Assembly (NCBI GenBank): GCA_036259955.1
Contig: DATAAU010000171.1
Location: forward strand, 1-53,797
Length of the DNA stretch: 53,797 nt
Source: Nitrososphaera sp.
GTDB lineage: Archaea > Thermoproteota > Nitrososphaeria > Nitrososphaerales > Nitrososphaeraceae
Direction of reading: 5' to 3'
Numbering within the stretch: the stretch's first letter is position 1; every line of letters begins with the position of its first letter. This document shows positions 28,725-37,997 of the stretch, piece by piece. The notes beneath the pieces were generated by a model. The model ran no database searches, had not been told where the DNA came from, and was given only the letters and a program-made list of their open reading frames with translations. The position numbers and the translations under genes are program-made.

Positions 28725-29834
28725 ATGAAAATGAGCAGAAATATTCACTCCAACTTAGTAATTCATTTTCTCATAGTATTTTCTTTACTACCGTTAAACT
28801 CTCTGATACTGATGGATAATGCGGTTATGGGATATGACAGCTATGATTCAGAAGAAAGCGACATGGTAGAAACTTCTCTTACAACAATTCAAAATATACC
28901 ATTTGCAATTAATGAAGAAAAAATAGTTGGAGCATATATTCCAGATACAGTACGGTTAGAAGATAAGACTGGAATTAATCAGACACTTGCCATTTCAGAG
29001 TTTCTTGAACAGGGATTCAGTGAGTATTATTTTGTAATGGATAATTTTGAGGATCCTAACGAATTAGGATCCACAGAAAGATTGCTTTATGCTGCAGATA
29101 ATACGGGATTGAAAATAGTTATCATTCTTTTACCTCCATCAGAGGGCGGTGCTACAACCAGCTATGACTGGAAGGGTTGGGTAAGATACTTTAATGATCT
29201 TAAAGATAGGCATCCATCTTCATTCACTGGTTTCACAATAGATGACTTTAATTGGATTAGCACAAGAAACGATACAAAGTTTTGGAGAAATATCGATTTC
29301 ATGCTTGATTCCAATCTTACTGATGCTCTAAAAGAAAAGAGAAGTGATGTGAAGTTTTCACCAGTTGTATACTTTGAAGGCTTGGGGAATGAGATATTAG
29401 CAAACGAATATGGTCCATACATAGACACTGTTATTTTAGTAAGCGCAAGCTATTACAATGTTTCACGGCTTGAATCAGATTTATTGCAGTTCAAGCAAAT
29501 GTTCCAAGGAAAACCTAGTCGATATATAGTTTACCCCACGATAACTTACAATTATACAAGACAGGGTTATGATCCGCCTTCAGATAGGCTGGTTATGGCG
29601 ACTCTTTCAATAGCTACAAGATCAGTCGACGGGATAATACTGTGGCACAAAATTGACGGCCATATAGCTCAAGATTATCTTCGTCACCGGGAAGATCCGG
29701 AATATTTGGACGCAATATATGTAATGGAACAACTGCAGATAGCTGATGAGGAAAATACGCTAGTGGAACTTGTTGAGAACCCAATAGCCAATAGATCTAA
29801 TTTTTCTACCATTCGAGTCGCTTTAGATTGGTGA
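28725..29834 (+). CDS. Exported protein, putative glycoside-hydrolase-like TIM barrel
   Basis: N-terminal hydrophobic signal, alternating beta/alpha pattern, GFTIDDFNW and DGIILW, aromatic-rich. Confidence 0.55.
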   Translation: MKMSRNIHSNLVIHFLIVFSLLPLNSLILMDNAVMGYDSYDSEESDMVETSLTTIQNIPFAINEEKIVGAYIPDTVRLEDKTGINQTLAISEFLEQGFSEYYFVMDNFEDPNELGSTERLLYAADNTGLKIVIILLPPSEGGATTSYDWKGWVRYFNDLKDRHPSSFTGFTIDDFNWISTRNDTKFWRNIDFMLDSNLTDALKEKRSDVKFSPVVYFEGLGNEILANEYGPYIDTVILVSASYYNVSRLESDLLQFKQMFQGKPSRYIVYPTITYNYTRQGYDPPSDRLVMATLSIATRSVDGIILWHKIDGHIAQDYLRHREDPEYLDAIYVMEQLQIADEENTLVELVENPIANRSNFSTIRVALDW

Positions 29835-30505
29835 TTATTTAATTTTCAAGGTATCAGTCAGTTAGATCTTACATCCTCGCCTCTATCAGAATGCGAATAT
29901 AAAATTGTCAGCTATAATCGATGCTTTAATAAGATTCAAGCTCGAAACGTTATCTAAGGATAGTTAATCTAGGTATTGAAATAAATATTGTATGCTGTTG
30001 TTATTGTTGGCTATTTTCGAGATCTCCTTTTGGCTGAGTCGTACGCTATCTCTGCGACACTACTTTCAATGGAATATCGACTTATTGCTTCAATGTACTC
30101 ATAATTCACGCTGGGGGACCGTATCAATTAAGAATACCAGATTCATATTTTCGCACGTTATCGCATTCTCCTAATGCAAATTTCAAAGGATCCCTAGAGT
30201 TTAGTAAACAAAATCTTTGTATTCTAGTCTTCCAGTTACAGAGGATTGTTTTATTTTTCTCTAAAAAGAAAGAAGAATCTAATAAAATGATATTTTACTA
30301 GCGTTAAACGGTGCTATGTAATCGCAATAATGTATATGAGAAGTTATAACCAAAATGTACAACATATCTCGTTTTTCTATCCCGGCTGATTCCTGAAAAT
30401 TATATGTCGTCATCACAGCACTTTTCTCTGATGTGAGAATAATGTAGAAATATTGTAATACTGACAGGACAGGAGATAGAACCCTTTGTCTGACATCCTT
30501 GGTCC

Positions 30506-31471
30506 TCATTCGGAGTTAAGCCGCTTCTTTAACAAGAGATGACTACTTCCATTCTCATAGATCTTTTCAGACTGCAAAGTGAGCCCATAAGATCTACATA
30601 TTTCCAGTATAGGACTAAGCAAACTGGCGCTGTGTACTTCTACAAACAAAGCCAAATCATTGCTTTTTGCCAGTGTTCCTTCTGCCCCCTTCAAGACCTC
30701 TAATTCGGCACCCTCTACATCTACCTTAATCCAATTTGCTTTATCCAGGGCCAACTGTCCCAGTAAATTATCTAAAGTATCTGCTCTCACTTCGATATGC
30801 TGTTGGGGGCTCTGCCCTGCTCTTTCTTGGAGTGTACTGTAACTGCTATAGAGTTTTAATGTAGTCTTTTTGGAAGATACAGCATAGTTTAAAGTCGAAA
30901 TATTGGTCAAACTATTCAACTTAATGTTCTTGTTGAGCATTTCGAAGCTGTCAGGCTGTGGTTCGATTGCAACTACTTTTCCCTGTTGACCTACCATCTT
31001 TGATGCCACTATGCTATAGAATCCAAAGGCTGCGCCAACATCAATAACTATATCGCCCTTCTTGGGTGAAAATTGCTGGACTATATCTTCTTCATGATCT
31101 ACCATGCTTGTATACACATCATGAATCAAGAAGTTGTTCACCTTTCGCGTGATACGACTATAAAATCTATAATCATGCTTTGGCGAGCTAAATACCACTA
31201 GAAGGGATTTATCTAGTCTCAGAAATTCAATTGCTCCATACAGAAAATCCTCGAAATTAAATCTATGCTTTAAACAAAATTTGTCTCGCTTTTCTCTGCC
31301 TAAAAATAGCCTGAGGGTTGCTCGAATTGCAAGATATGCCCCTTTTATGCAATAGAGAACGCATTTGTCGAACAGCTTTGCTCCCCTTAATTCCGTTAGT
31401 AGCCAGCCTCCGCTTCCAACTGGGTGTCTCGAAATGGTCATATTATTACCTTCCACTCCAGGGATATTCAA
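30506..31471 (-). CDS. FkbM-family methyltransferase
   Basis: IDVGAAFG, VVAIEP, NYAVS and WIKVDVEGAELEVLKG. Confidence 0.93.
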   Translation of the reverse strand: MNIPGVEGNNMTISRHPVGSGGWLLTELRGAKLFDKCVLYCIKGAYLAIRATLRLFLGREKRDKFCLKHRFNFEDFLYGAIEFLRLDKSLLVVFSSPKHDYRFYSRITRKVNNFLIHDVYTSMVDHEEDIVQQFSPKKGDIVIDVGAAFGFYSIVASKMVGQQGKVVAIEPQPDSFEMLNKNIKLNSLTNISTLNYAVSSKKTTLKLYSSYSTLQERAGQSPQQHIEVRADTLDNLLGQLALDKANWIKVDVEGAELEVLKGAEGTLAKSNDLALFVEVHSASLLSPILEICRSYGLTLQSEKIYENGSSHLLLKKRLNSE

Positions 31472-31621
31472 TCCCCTTGAGCGGGATATTACTGATTAAG
31501 TTATTTTCTGTTATCGTGCAAGTGCCCAAGAAGTCATTTGTAATATCAATTTTATAATTATATTACTATTTAGTGTTAACAAGTACTTAATAATAGTCCT
31601 TTATTTAAAGAGCTAGACCAG

Positions 31622-32632
31622 ATGGCTAACAATATTGCTTCTTGGCTGACAAGAGGACCCAAAGAATCGGTAATGCCAACATTCGATCGAATTACTCTAC
31701 TACCTGTCAAGGCCAGTTATATATTCATTAGAATCTTGTTTAGGGTGAGTCTGGGAAAAGAAAGAAGGGAACGATCAAAAATTTATAGAAGAATCTCTGG
31801 GAGACTATATGTCGGCGACTATACCATCCCTTCCTATGATCTATTAAAATTCTTTTACAAATCCCGGGGCGATCTTAAACATAGAAAATCAAGGCTTTTG
31901 AAAGTTCACGTAAACGAACGTGGTTACAAATATTATTGTAAATTTGAGGATTTTAACCCCCGCAGGGAAGAGGATATCGTAGAACTTTTTAGTCCTAAGA
32001 AGGGAGATATAGTGGTAGATGTTGGTGCTCACATAGGTAAGTATACCCTTATTGCGTCCAAAATGGTTGGGCCTAGAGGAAAAGTAATAGCGATTGAGGC
32101 TCATCCGGGTAACTATGATATACTCAAAAAAAATATTTCGCTAAATAAGCTAAACAACGTTGTCGCTTTGAATTTCGCGGTTCATTCAAAAGAAACGATG
32201 GTCAAACTATATGAACCAGGACAAGAAGAAGGCTTTACTATATACAATACGATAATGACTGATAGGAGAATGGTGAATAATCAACGTTATGTAGAGGTGC
32301 AGGCCAAAACGCTTGATTCAATTTTACTGGAAAATGCAATAAAGGAGGTTAATTGGATAAAGATTGATGTAGAAGGCGCAGAACTCGAAGTCCTTCGCGG
32401 AGCACCCACTATACTTTCAAACAGTAAAAATTCATCTCTGTTGATAGAAATTCATAACCTTGGGGCGAACCACAGAAACCTCTACGAACCAATAATTGAG
32501 CTCCTTAAACTAAACAAATACAGTGTATCATTTGAAAAGGCGTATGAGGGCGGTGAGCGTCACATCATTGTAAGGAATTTCTCCGTTGGCAATGACATAA
32601 GTAATTCTCATCATACTGCTGCTAAGGTGTAG
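31622..32632 (+). CDS. FkbM-family methyltransferase
   Basis: VDVGAHIG, VIAIEA and WIKIDVEGAELEVLRG. Confidence 0.93.
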   Translation: MANNIASWLTRGPKESVMPTFDRITLLPVKASYIFIRILFRVSLGKERRERSKIYRRISGRLYVGDYTIPSYDLLKFFYKSRGDLKHRKSRLLKVHVNERGYKYYCKFEDFNPRREEDIVELFSPKKGDIVVDVGAHIGKYTLIASKMVGPRGKVIAIEAHPGNYDILKKNISLNKLNNVVALNFAVHSKETMVKLYEPGQEEGFTIYNTIMTDRRMVNNQRYVEVQAKTLDSILLENAIKEVNWIKIDVEGAELEVLRGAPTILSNSKNSSLLIEIHNLGANHRNLYEPIIELLKLNKYSVSFEKAYEGGERHIIVRNFSVGNDISNSHHTAAKV

Positions 32633-33322
32633 GTGGCTGAGAAAGAAGCGTAAATAAACAGAGACAAACTCTGCTGCCATCAAATCATGTTGTTGTATAG
32701 TGAGTGTATCCTAACATAATCGGATATATTGAAGTTTAGCGTTTGATAGTAGTGATTAGGACATGTTTCTCTAGAAACAACGCCTTACCTACTCCAATAG
32801 TTTTATCGGAGGAATATACGAAATCTTTGATATTCCGAATTTGTCTGGAGCTGGTATGCATGTTCTGTCAACGTGCTAAGTAATGATACAGACAATAACA
32901 TTGTGATCATTCCTGTAACGACTAATTTTTTAGATAAGTCCAAGGAAAATACCTTCGTGTGCATCGAACCGCATGCATGAGAATACATATTTTATCTCTT
33001 GCAGAAGCTTTTTCAGAAACCTAATAATACAACTTCGAGATAAATGACTGCACGGTAACCGATTTCAGGAGTTGCTCTTTACTATTCGTAGTCCACACTG
33101 GCTGATAATTGATTAATTTGCGAATTATCGCTCCTTTCATTGGAAGCCTACATGCGCCCTCCTCTGGCAGCCGTCAACATTTACTCGAGGACAAGATGAT
33201 TCTCTGTAACTCTTGTTCTGATGCACTGATAGCATAAGTTATCGGCTACCATGCCAGACTACCCCCGCTAACGCTAACCCATTTAAAGGATACCAGAGTA
33301 CCAACGAAGAGCAAAATAATAA

Positions 33323-34639
33323 ATGAACTATTCCATATTACTCGATGTTGTTGGTCTAGAACAAAAACACTTAGACTCAGGCCTATTGCCAAATATTTCA
33401 AAAATTACTGAAAATGGGGAGGTGGGGAAACTCGAACCTACATTTCCTGCTGTCACATGCAGCGTTCAGGCCAGTATACTTTCTGGCAAATATCCAAGAG
33501 AGCACGGGATAATTTCAAATGGGTTGTATGACAGGAGCACTTTCAATGTCTCGTTCTGGGAGCAATCCAGCTCACTTGTCCAGTCTCAAAGAGTATGGGA
33601 CATTGTCAGGCAGAAAAATACTATGAAAACTGCCGTGCTCTTTTGGCAGAACACCATGTATGCCAATTCAGACATAGTAGTGACACCACGACCAATACAT
33701 TTGGACGATAAAATGGTTATGTGGTGTTATTCAAAACCAGTAGGTTATTACGAAGAGCTGAAGGAGAATCTTGGTGAATTCAACCTTGCAAGCTATTGGG
33801 GACCTCTTGCATCGTCTAAATCAAGCGAATGGATAGCAAGTGCTGCCGAATATACTTTAGAACGCGAGAGACCCAATTTTCTTTTTGTATACATTCCACA
33901 TGTAGATTACTCTGCACAGAGGTTTGGCAAGGAGGGAGTGCAAGTACTAGATGATCTGAAAAAGGCTGATGAGATAGTTGGCAGACTTGTGCAGAAAGCA
34001 ACGACTCTCGGAATACGGGACGAAACACAATTTGTTATTTTATCTGAGTACACGTTTAATGATGTCAACGGTGCAGTACCTCTCAACCTTGTTCTTCGAG
34101 ACGCTGGATTGCTCTCTATCCGTAACATCCAGGAAAAAGAGTATCTTGATTTCGAATATAGCAAGGCGTTTGCAATGGTTGACCATCAGGTAGCTCACAT
34201 ATACATAAAGAACGGCTACGAAAAAGAGGCGAGATCTGTATTGGAGACAACATCCGGAGTAGACATGGTGCTGGATGGCAATGGGAAGAAGGATTTAGCA
34301 ATAGATCATGATCGCAGTGGCGATCTGATCGCCATTGCTGCAAAAGACAAATGGTTCAGCTACTTTTGGTGGTATGACGAAGGCAAGGCACCAGACTTTG
34401 CTCATAAGGTGGATATACACAGAAAGCCCGGATATGACCCTGTCGAATTGTTTATCGACCCAAAAACAAAGTCTATTCCACTTGACACAAGCTTGATCAA
34501 AGGATCACATGGGAGACCAGTTAATTTACAAACAGAGGAAGGTCTTGCATTCTATGCTTCAAGCAAAAGGCATGGAATTATATCTGAGTCAGGTTCTACG
34601 AAATGTGTCGACATAATTAAATGCCTTGTTGATACATAA
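33323..34639 (+). CDS. Alkaline phosphatase superfamily nucleotide pyrophosphatase/phosphodiesterase (EboF-like)
   Basis: DVVGL, FPAVTC (catalytic Thr), HGIISNG, YIPHVDY, LSEY, VDIHRKPGYDPVELF and KGSHG. Confidence 0.88.
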   Translation: MNYSILLDVVGLEQKHLDSGLLPNISKITENGEVGKLEPTFPAVTCSVQASILSGKYPREHGIISNGLYDRSTFNVSFWEQSSSLVQSQRVWDIVRQKNTMKTAVLFWQNTMYANSDIVVTPRPIHLDDKMVMWCYSKPVGYYEELKENLGEFNLASYWGPLASSKSSEWIASAAEYTLERERPNFLFVYIPHVDYSAQRFGKEGVQVLDDLKKADEIVGRLVQKATTLGIRDETQFVILSEYTFNDVNGAVPLNLVLRDAGLLSIRNIQEKEYLDFEYSKAFAMVDHQVAHIYIKNGYEKEARSVLETTSGVDMVLDGNGKKDLAIDHDRSGDLIAIAAKDKWFSYFWWYDEGKAPDFAHKVDIHRKPGYDPVELFIDPKTKSIPLDTSLIKGSHGRPVNLQTEEGLAFYASSKRHGIISESGSTKCVDIIKCLVDT

Positions 34640-35490
34640 TGAAATACGCCATTACACTTGCCTCATTTAGAAATATAGAGCCGCTAGAAGATACTTTGGC
34701 TATTCTGGCAAAACAGGGTTATGATGCAATCGAGATGTTTGGAGAGCCTGGAGAGGTCGATGCAAAGAAAATGCTTGATTCACTAAAATCCTACGGACTG
34801 CCTGTCTGTGGCGTGACCGGCATGTGGGGATCGATAAGTAGCAATGGTTGGAAGCGTAGACTTCTGAGCAGTGATCTTGCGATTGTGCAGGCATCTGAAC
34901 AATATGTAATTGATTGTCTTCAGTTTTGTAACAATCTGGGGGGTCATGAGATGAACGTTTGTCTCTTTGCTGACGATACCAGAGGCGTTGACCGGACCCA
35001 CAGGACTATTTCTGCAACTGAAAAGGAGATTTTTGCAGCAAAGGCTGTTCCATTAATGCGGCGTCTTGCTAGAAAAGCTGCAGATTATGGAATCCAGCTA
35101 CTGCTCGAGCCTCTTAATCGCTACAGTACCCCATATTGCGCTACTGCAAAAGATGCTGTTGCGATAGCCAAGCAGGTGGAGTCGCTAGGCGTATTGCTTG
35201 ACACATTCCACATGAACATTGAAGAAGATTCTTTTAAAGACGCAATAGAAGCCTCATGCAAGTTTTTGCGGCACTTACATTTTGCTGATAATAATCGGAA
35301 AATGCCGGGGTTTGCTCATATTGATTTTTCTTCGATTATAGAAAGCCTAAATGAAATTGGCTACCATAGTTATATCAGCTTTGAACCCAACCTATCTGAT
35401 AAAAATTATCAGGATGCTACTAAATATGGGCTTGATTTCATTAAGGGAATAGTACAACGCAAAATAAACACTAATCCTGATAATCGGTGA
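34639..35490 (+). CDS. Sugar phosphate isomerase/epimerase (xylose isomerase-like TIM barrel)
   Basis: LEPLNRY, DTFHMNIEE, HFADNNR..PG and ISFE metal ligands. TAATG coupling to the upstream gene. Confidence 0.92.
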   Translation: MKYAITLASFRNIEPLEDTLAILAKQGYDAIEMFGEPGEVDAKKMLDSLKSYGLPVCGVTGMWGSISSNGWKRRLLSSDLAIVQASEQYVIDCLQFCNNLGGHEMNVCLFADDTRGVDRTHRTISATEKEIFAAKAVPLMRRLARKAADYGIQLLLEPLNRYSTPYCATAKDAVAIAKQVESLGVLLDTFHMNIEEDSFKDAIEASCKFLRHLHFADNNRKMPGFAHIDFSSIIESLNEIGYHSYISFEPNLSDKNYQDATKYGLDFIKGIVQRKINTNPDNR

Positions 35491-35509
35491 CTCTTTCCTA
35501 CAAGGATAT

Positions 35510-35641
35510 TTAACCGTCAGATAGTCCACTAACGCGGTTTTTTATCTCATCTTTTTCTGACTTCATATGCTCCCTCAGGGATTCCACTGTGTCAAACGAC
35601 TGACCGCATTCCTTGCACCTAATCAATTCACTTGAAGGCAC
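35510..35641 (-). CDS. 43-aa C2H2-like zinc-finger microprotein (not in ORF track)
   Basis: GTG start: MPSSELIRCKECGQSFDTVESLREHMKSEKDEIKNRVSGLSDG*. TTTTTAAA box about 25 nt upstream. Confidence 0.75.
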   Translation of the reverse strand: MPSSELIRCKECGQSFDTVESLREHMKSEKDEIKNRVSGLSDG

Positions 35642-35779
35642 AGAGTATCATAGACTACAAGATTTAAAAACCTACAGGCGGAGAGCACAGAATATTTGTT
35701 TCGTATATCTTTCATGAATATTCTCTACAACGATATAAAATCGCAGTTATCCTATATGCGATTATAAACCTGCTTTTGT

Positions 35780-36283
35780 TTGGCAGCTCTTAAATTCCCA
35801 CACATTCCAGTAACACCGTTGCTTGAGCAATTCCTGCTTCAAGGTGCGACAGAAATAGTAGTAATCGCTGCATCAGTGATAATCGGTCTGCTCATACTGT
35901 GGATAGTTATTTCAATACCTGTGTGGATAGCCGCAAAGATCTTGACAGCTGGAAGAGTTAAGTTCACTCGCGCTATGTTGGTGACGGCTCTTGGCCCTAT
36001 TACCTATGCTGTCGTGTTCTTTATCTCTGCGGCTTTGCTTGCAGCGATAGTTAGAGATCCTACACTGCCTCTTGTAATAGGATTCATTGTTGCGTTCATT
36101 GCCTGGATAGGCATCTTCAAAATTGGATTTGATACTGGCTGGCTAAGAGCACTTGGGATAGCCATCCTTGCAATAATAGTGTTTGCAGTAATTGGATTTA
36201 TAATCAGCTTCTTGATACAATTGATAGTACCTGAAGCTCCGCCTATAACACCAATACCGCCGATCCCACTCCAGCAAGTTTAG
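35780..36283 (+). CDS. Integral membrane protein (about 4 TM)
   Basis: Very hydrophobic, FDTGWLRALGIA motif, Pro-rich tail. Start uncertain. Confidence 0.75.
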   Translation: MAALKFPHIPVTPLLEQFLLQGATEIVVIAASVIIGLLILWIVISIPVWIAAKILTAGRVKFTRAMLVTALGPITYAVVFFISAALLAAIVRDPTLPLVIGFIVAFIAWIGIFKIGFDTGWLRALGIAILAIIVFAVIGFIISFLIQLIVPEAPPITPIPPIPLQQV

Positions 36284-37194
36284 CTCTCCCTGCGGTAACT
36301 GAATTCTCTTTCAGCCCACTCGACAAGGCTAAGTAAATCTTTTGCAACATAGTCTGTGTTCTCTTGTGCATTGGGCTGCAGATCCTGAGTTGTGATGGCC
36401 GCAGTGCGCAACTCGCCCTTGATTTTACCTTTCATTTGCTTTACAGTGGACGATAGGAATCGAAGTGAACCTTCGCCAGAAGAAAAAATACAAACAAGCA
36501 TTAGACCATGCTTGCTACTCCATAAACGTAATAAATATCGCTGAAAATCTATATCAAAAAATGGATCAATCTGTTTGCCTACATCGCCGATATATGTTGA
36601 ATCCCAACCGCGAGCCAACAGTGCTACGGCTGCACTCTTAGCCATAGGGATCCTGTCTTCAGAGCCTGCCACACATACGACTTGGGCGTGCGCTTTTTGT
36701 TCTACTGGCTTGACATTGAACTTTATAAGATCAATAAACTCCATCATCAAATTTACCAGAAATACCCTTTCTGTCTTGTTCAGTTTGCCTCTACTATATA
36801 ACTCGCCTATCGTATTTACCGCAGGTAATACAACATCAGTCAGCACCCTTACGTCGTCAACACTTGAATTCATGACGCTTAGCAAAATTCTTCGACCATG
36901 ATCCTCGTCCCCAGACAGAATTGAACCGATCAGCTTTTGTTGAATCTGTATATAGTTGATTGGAAATTCGATGTCCGCTACTCCAATTTGTGCAAACCAT
37001 ATGTTTACATTGCCTATCTTTTTCTTTTTGAGAAGACCCATTGCAAGCATGACATCGAGATATTTCGTAACGGTCATCCTGTTAAATCCAATCCTGTCTG
37101 CAAGTTCTACTCCCGACAGCCCTGTGCCTCCGGCGCTTTGCAAAGCATCAATTATCTTGTGCTTGATCTCGTCGAGTGTATAGCGCCGGTACAC
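36280..37194 (-). CDS. Winged-HTH regulator with B12-binding-like cap and Rossmann domains
   Basis: LSGVELADRIGFNRMTVTKYL HTH, VVLPAVNTIGELY cap helix and RGWDSTYIG. Confidence 0.75.
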   Translation of the reverse strand: MYRRYTLDEIKHKIIDALQSAGGTGLSGVELADRIGFNRMTVTKYLDVMLAMGLLKKKKIGNVNIWFAQIGVADIEFPINYIQIQQKLIGSILSGDEDHGRRILLSVMNSSVDDVRVLTDVVLPAVNTIGELYSRGKLNKTERVFLVNLMMEFIDLIKFNVKPVEQKAHAQVVCVAGSEDRIPMAKSAAVALLARGWDSTYIGDVGKQIDPFFDIDFQRYLLRLWSSKHGLMLVCIFSSGEGSLRFLSSTVKQMKGKIKGELRTAAITTQDLQPNAQENTDYVAKDLLSLVEWAEREFSYRRES

Positions 37195-37230
37195 ATAACT
37201 TATCCGATCTTATGCAAAATAAAACCCTTT

Positions 37231-37920
37231 TTACCTGTGCTTTTTCTTCGCTATCCTTCTTGAATTTGATATCAAGTCAGTAAGAGCATTGAAGGCTTTT
37301 CCGACTTGCTCCATCTCTACAAGGACTATTGTGTCAGTGTAACAACTGAGGGTGTCTTCGATGTTTATATGTCTCCTAGCTAGCTGGTTATAGAAAGCAA
37401 TAGCGCATCCTGGAGTCTTGATAATATCTTCTGGACTATGCACTATGATAGCTGCTAGGCTATTTTCGATTTCAAGGATATCGTCGTAGGCAAACATCGC
37501 TTTGAAATCTTGAAGCAAAAGATTATCAAAGACAAGGGTAATTGACATTATACTTTCTGATATGCTGATAAAATTACCTGTACTCTGGATCATGGCTTTA
37601 GCAACCTTTTCGATGGTCTTTTTGCTCTTCTTAGCTGAGACCTTTGCTACATCTGTGTTGACGGTTATGGTGCTGGATGCTAATATGGATGCAATAGACT
37701 TTTGCTGTACATTATAACCGTGCTTTGACCGCTTCAAGGCGGTAATTATGCTTTCTATGCTAGTATTTCTGCCAAGCAGAAGGTCTATTTGCGGCTTAAT
37801 GATACGCGCAAGAGCACTGATATTGCAGTAATCACGCTGAAGGGAGTCCTGAAATGAGAGATCGCTGCTGATTGTCTCTCTAACCGCCTCAGTAATTGAT
37901 TTTTGATTGCTGGCCAACAT
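37231..37920 (-). CDS. ACT-domain protein with N-terminal helical domain, putative amino-acid-responsive regulator
   Basis: NISALAR N-domain and ACT motif TPG..LARRHINIEDTLSCYTDT. Divergent from argG. Confidence 0.8.
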   Translation of the reverse strand: MLASNQKSITEAVRETISSDLSFQDSLQRDYCNISALARIIKPQIDLLLGRNTSIESIITALKRSKHGYNVQQKSIASILASSTITVNTDVAKVSAKKSKKTIEKVAKAMIQSTGNFISISESIMSITLVFDNLLLQDFKAMFAYDDILEIENSLAAIIVHSPEDIIKTPGCAIAFYNQLARRHINIEDTLSCYTDTIVLVEMEQVGKAFNALTDLISNSRRIAKKKHR

Positions 37921-37942
37921 GGGTCAATAACACCTTAATTTA

Positions 37943-37970
37943 GGTCGTTCCTGACCAAAAAATATAAATG
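37943..37970 (+). promoter_or_regulatory. argG promoter: GGTC-N6-GACC palindrome abutting BRE/TATA
   Basis: GGTCGTTCCTGACC-AAAAAATATAAATG, ending 28 nt before the TTG start. The last 18 bp are identical to 40302-40319. Confidence 0.75.
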
Positions 37971-37997
37971 TAATGCTTGAAACGCAGACGCATGTAA

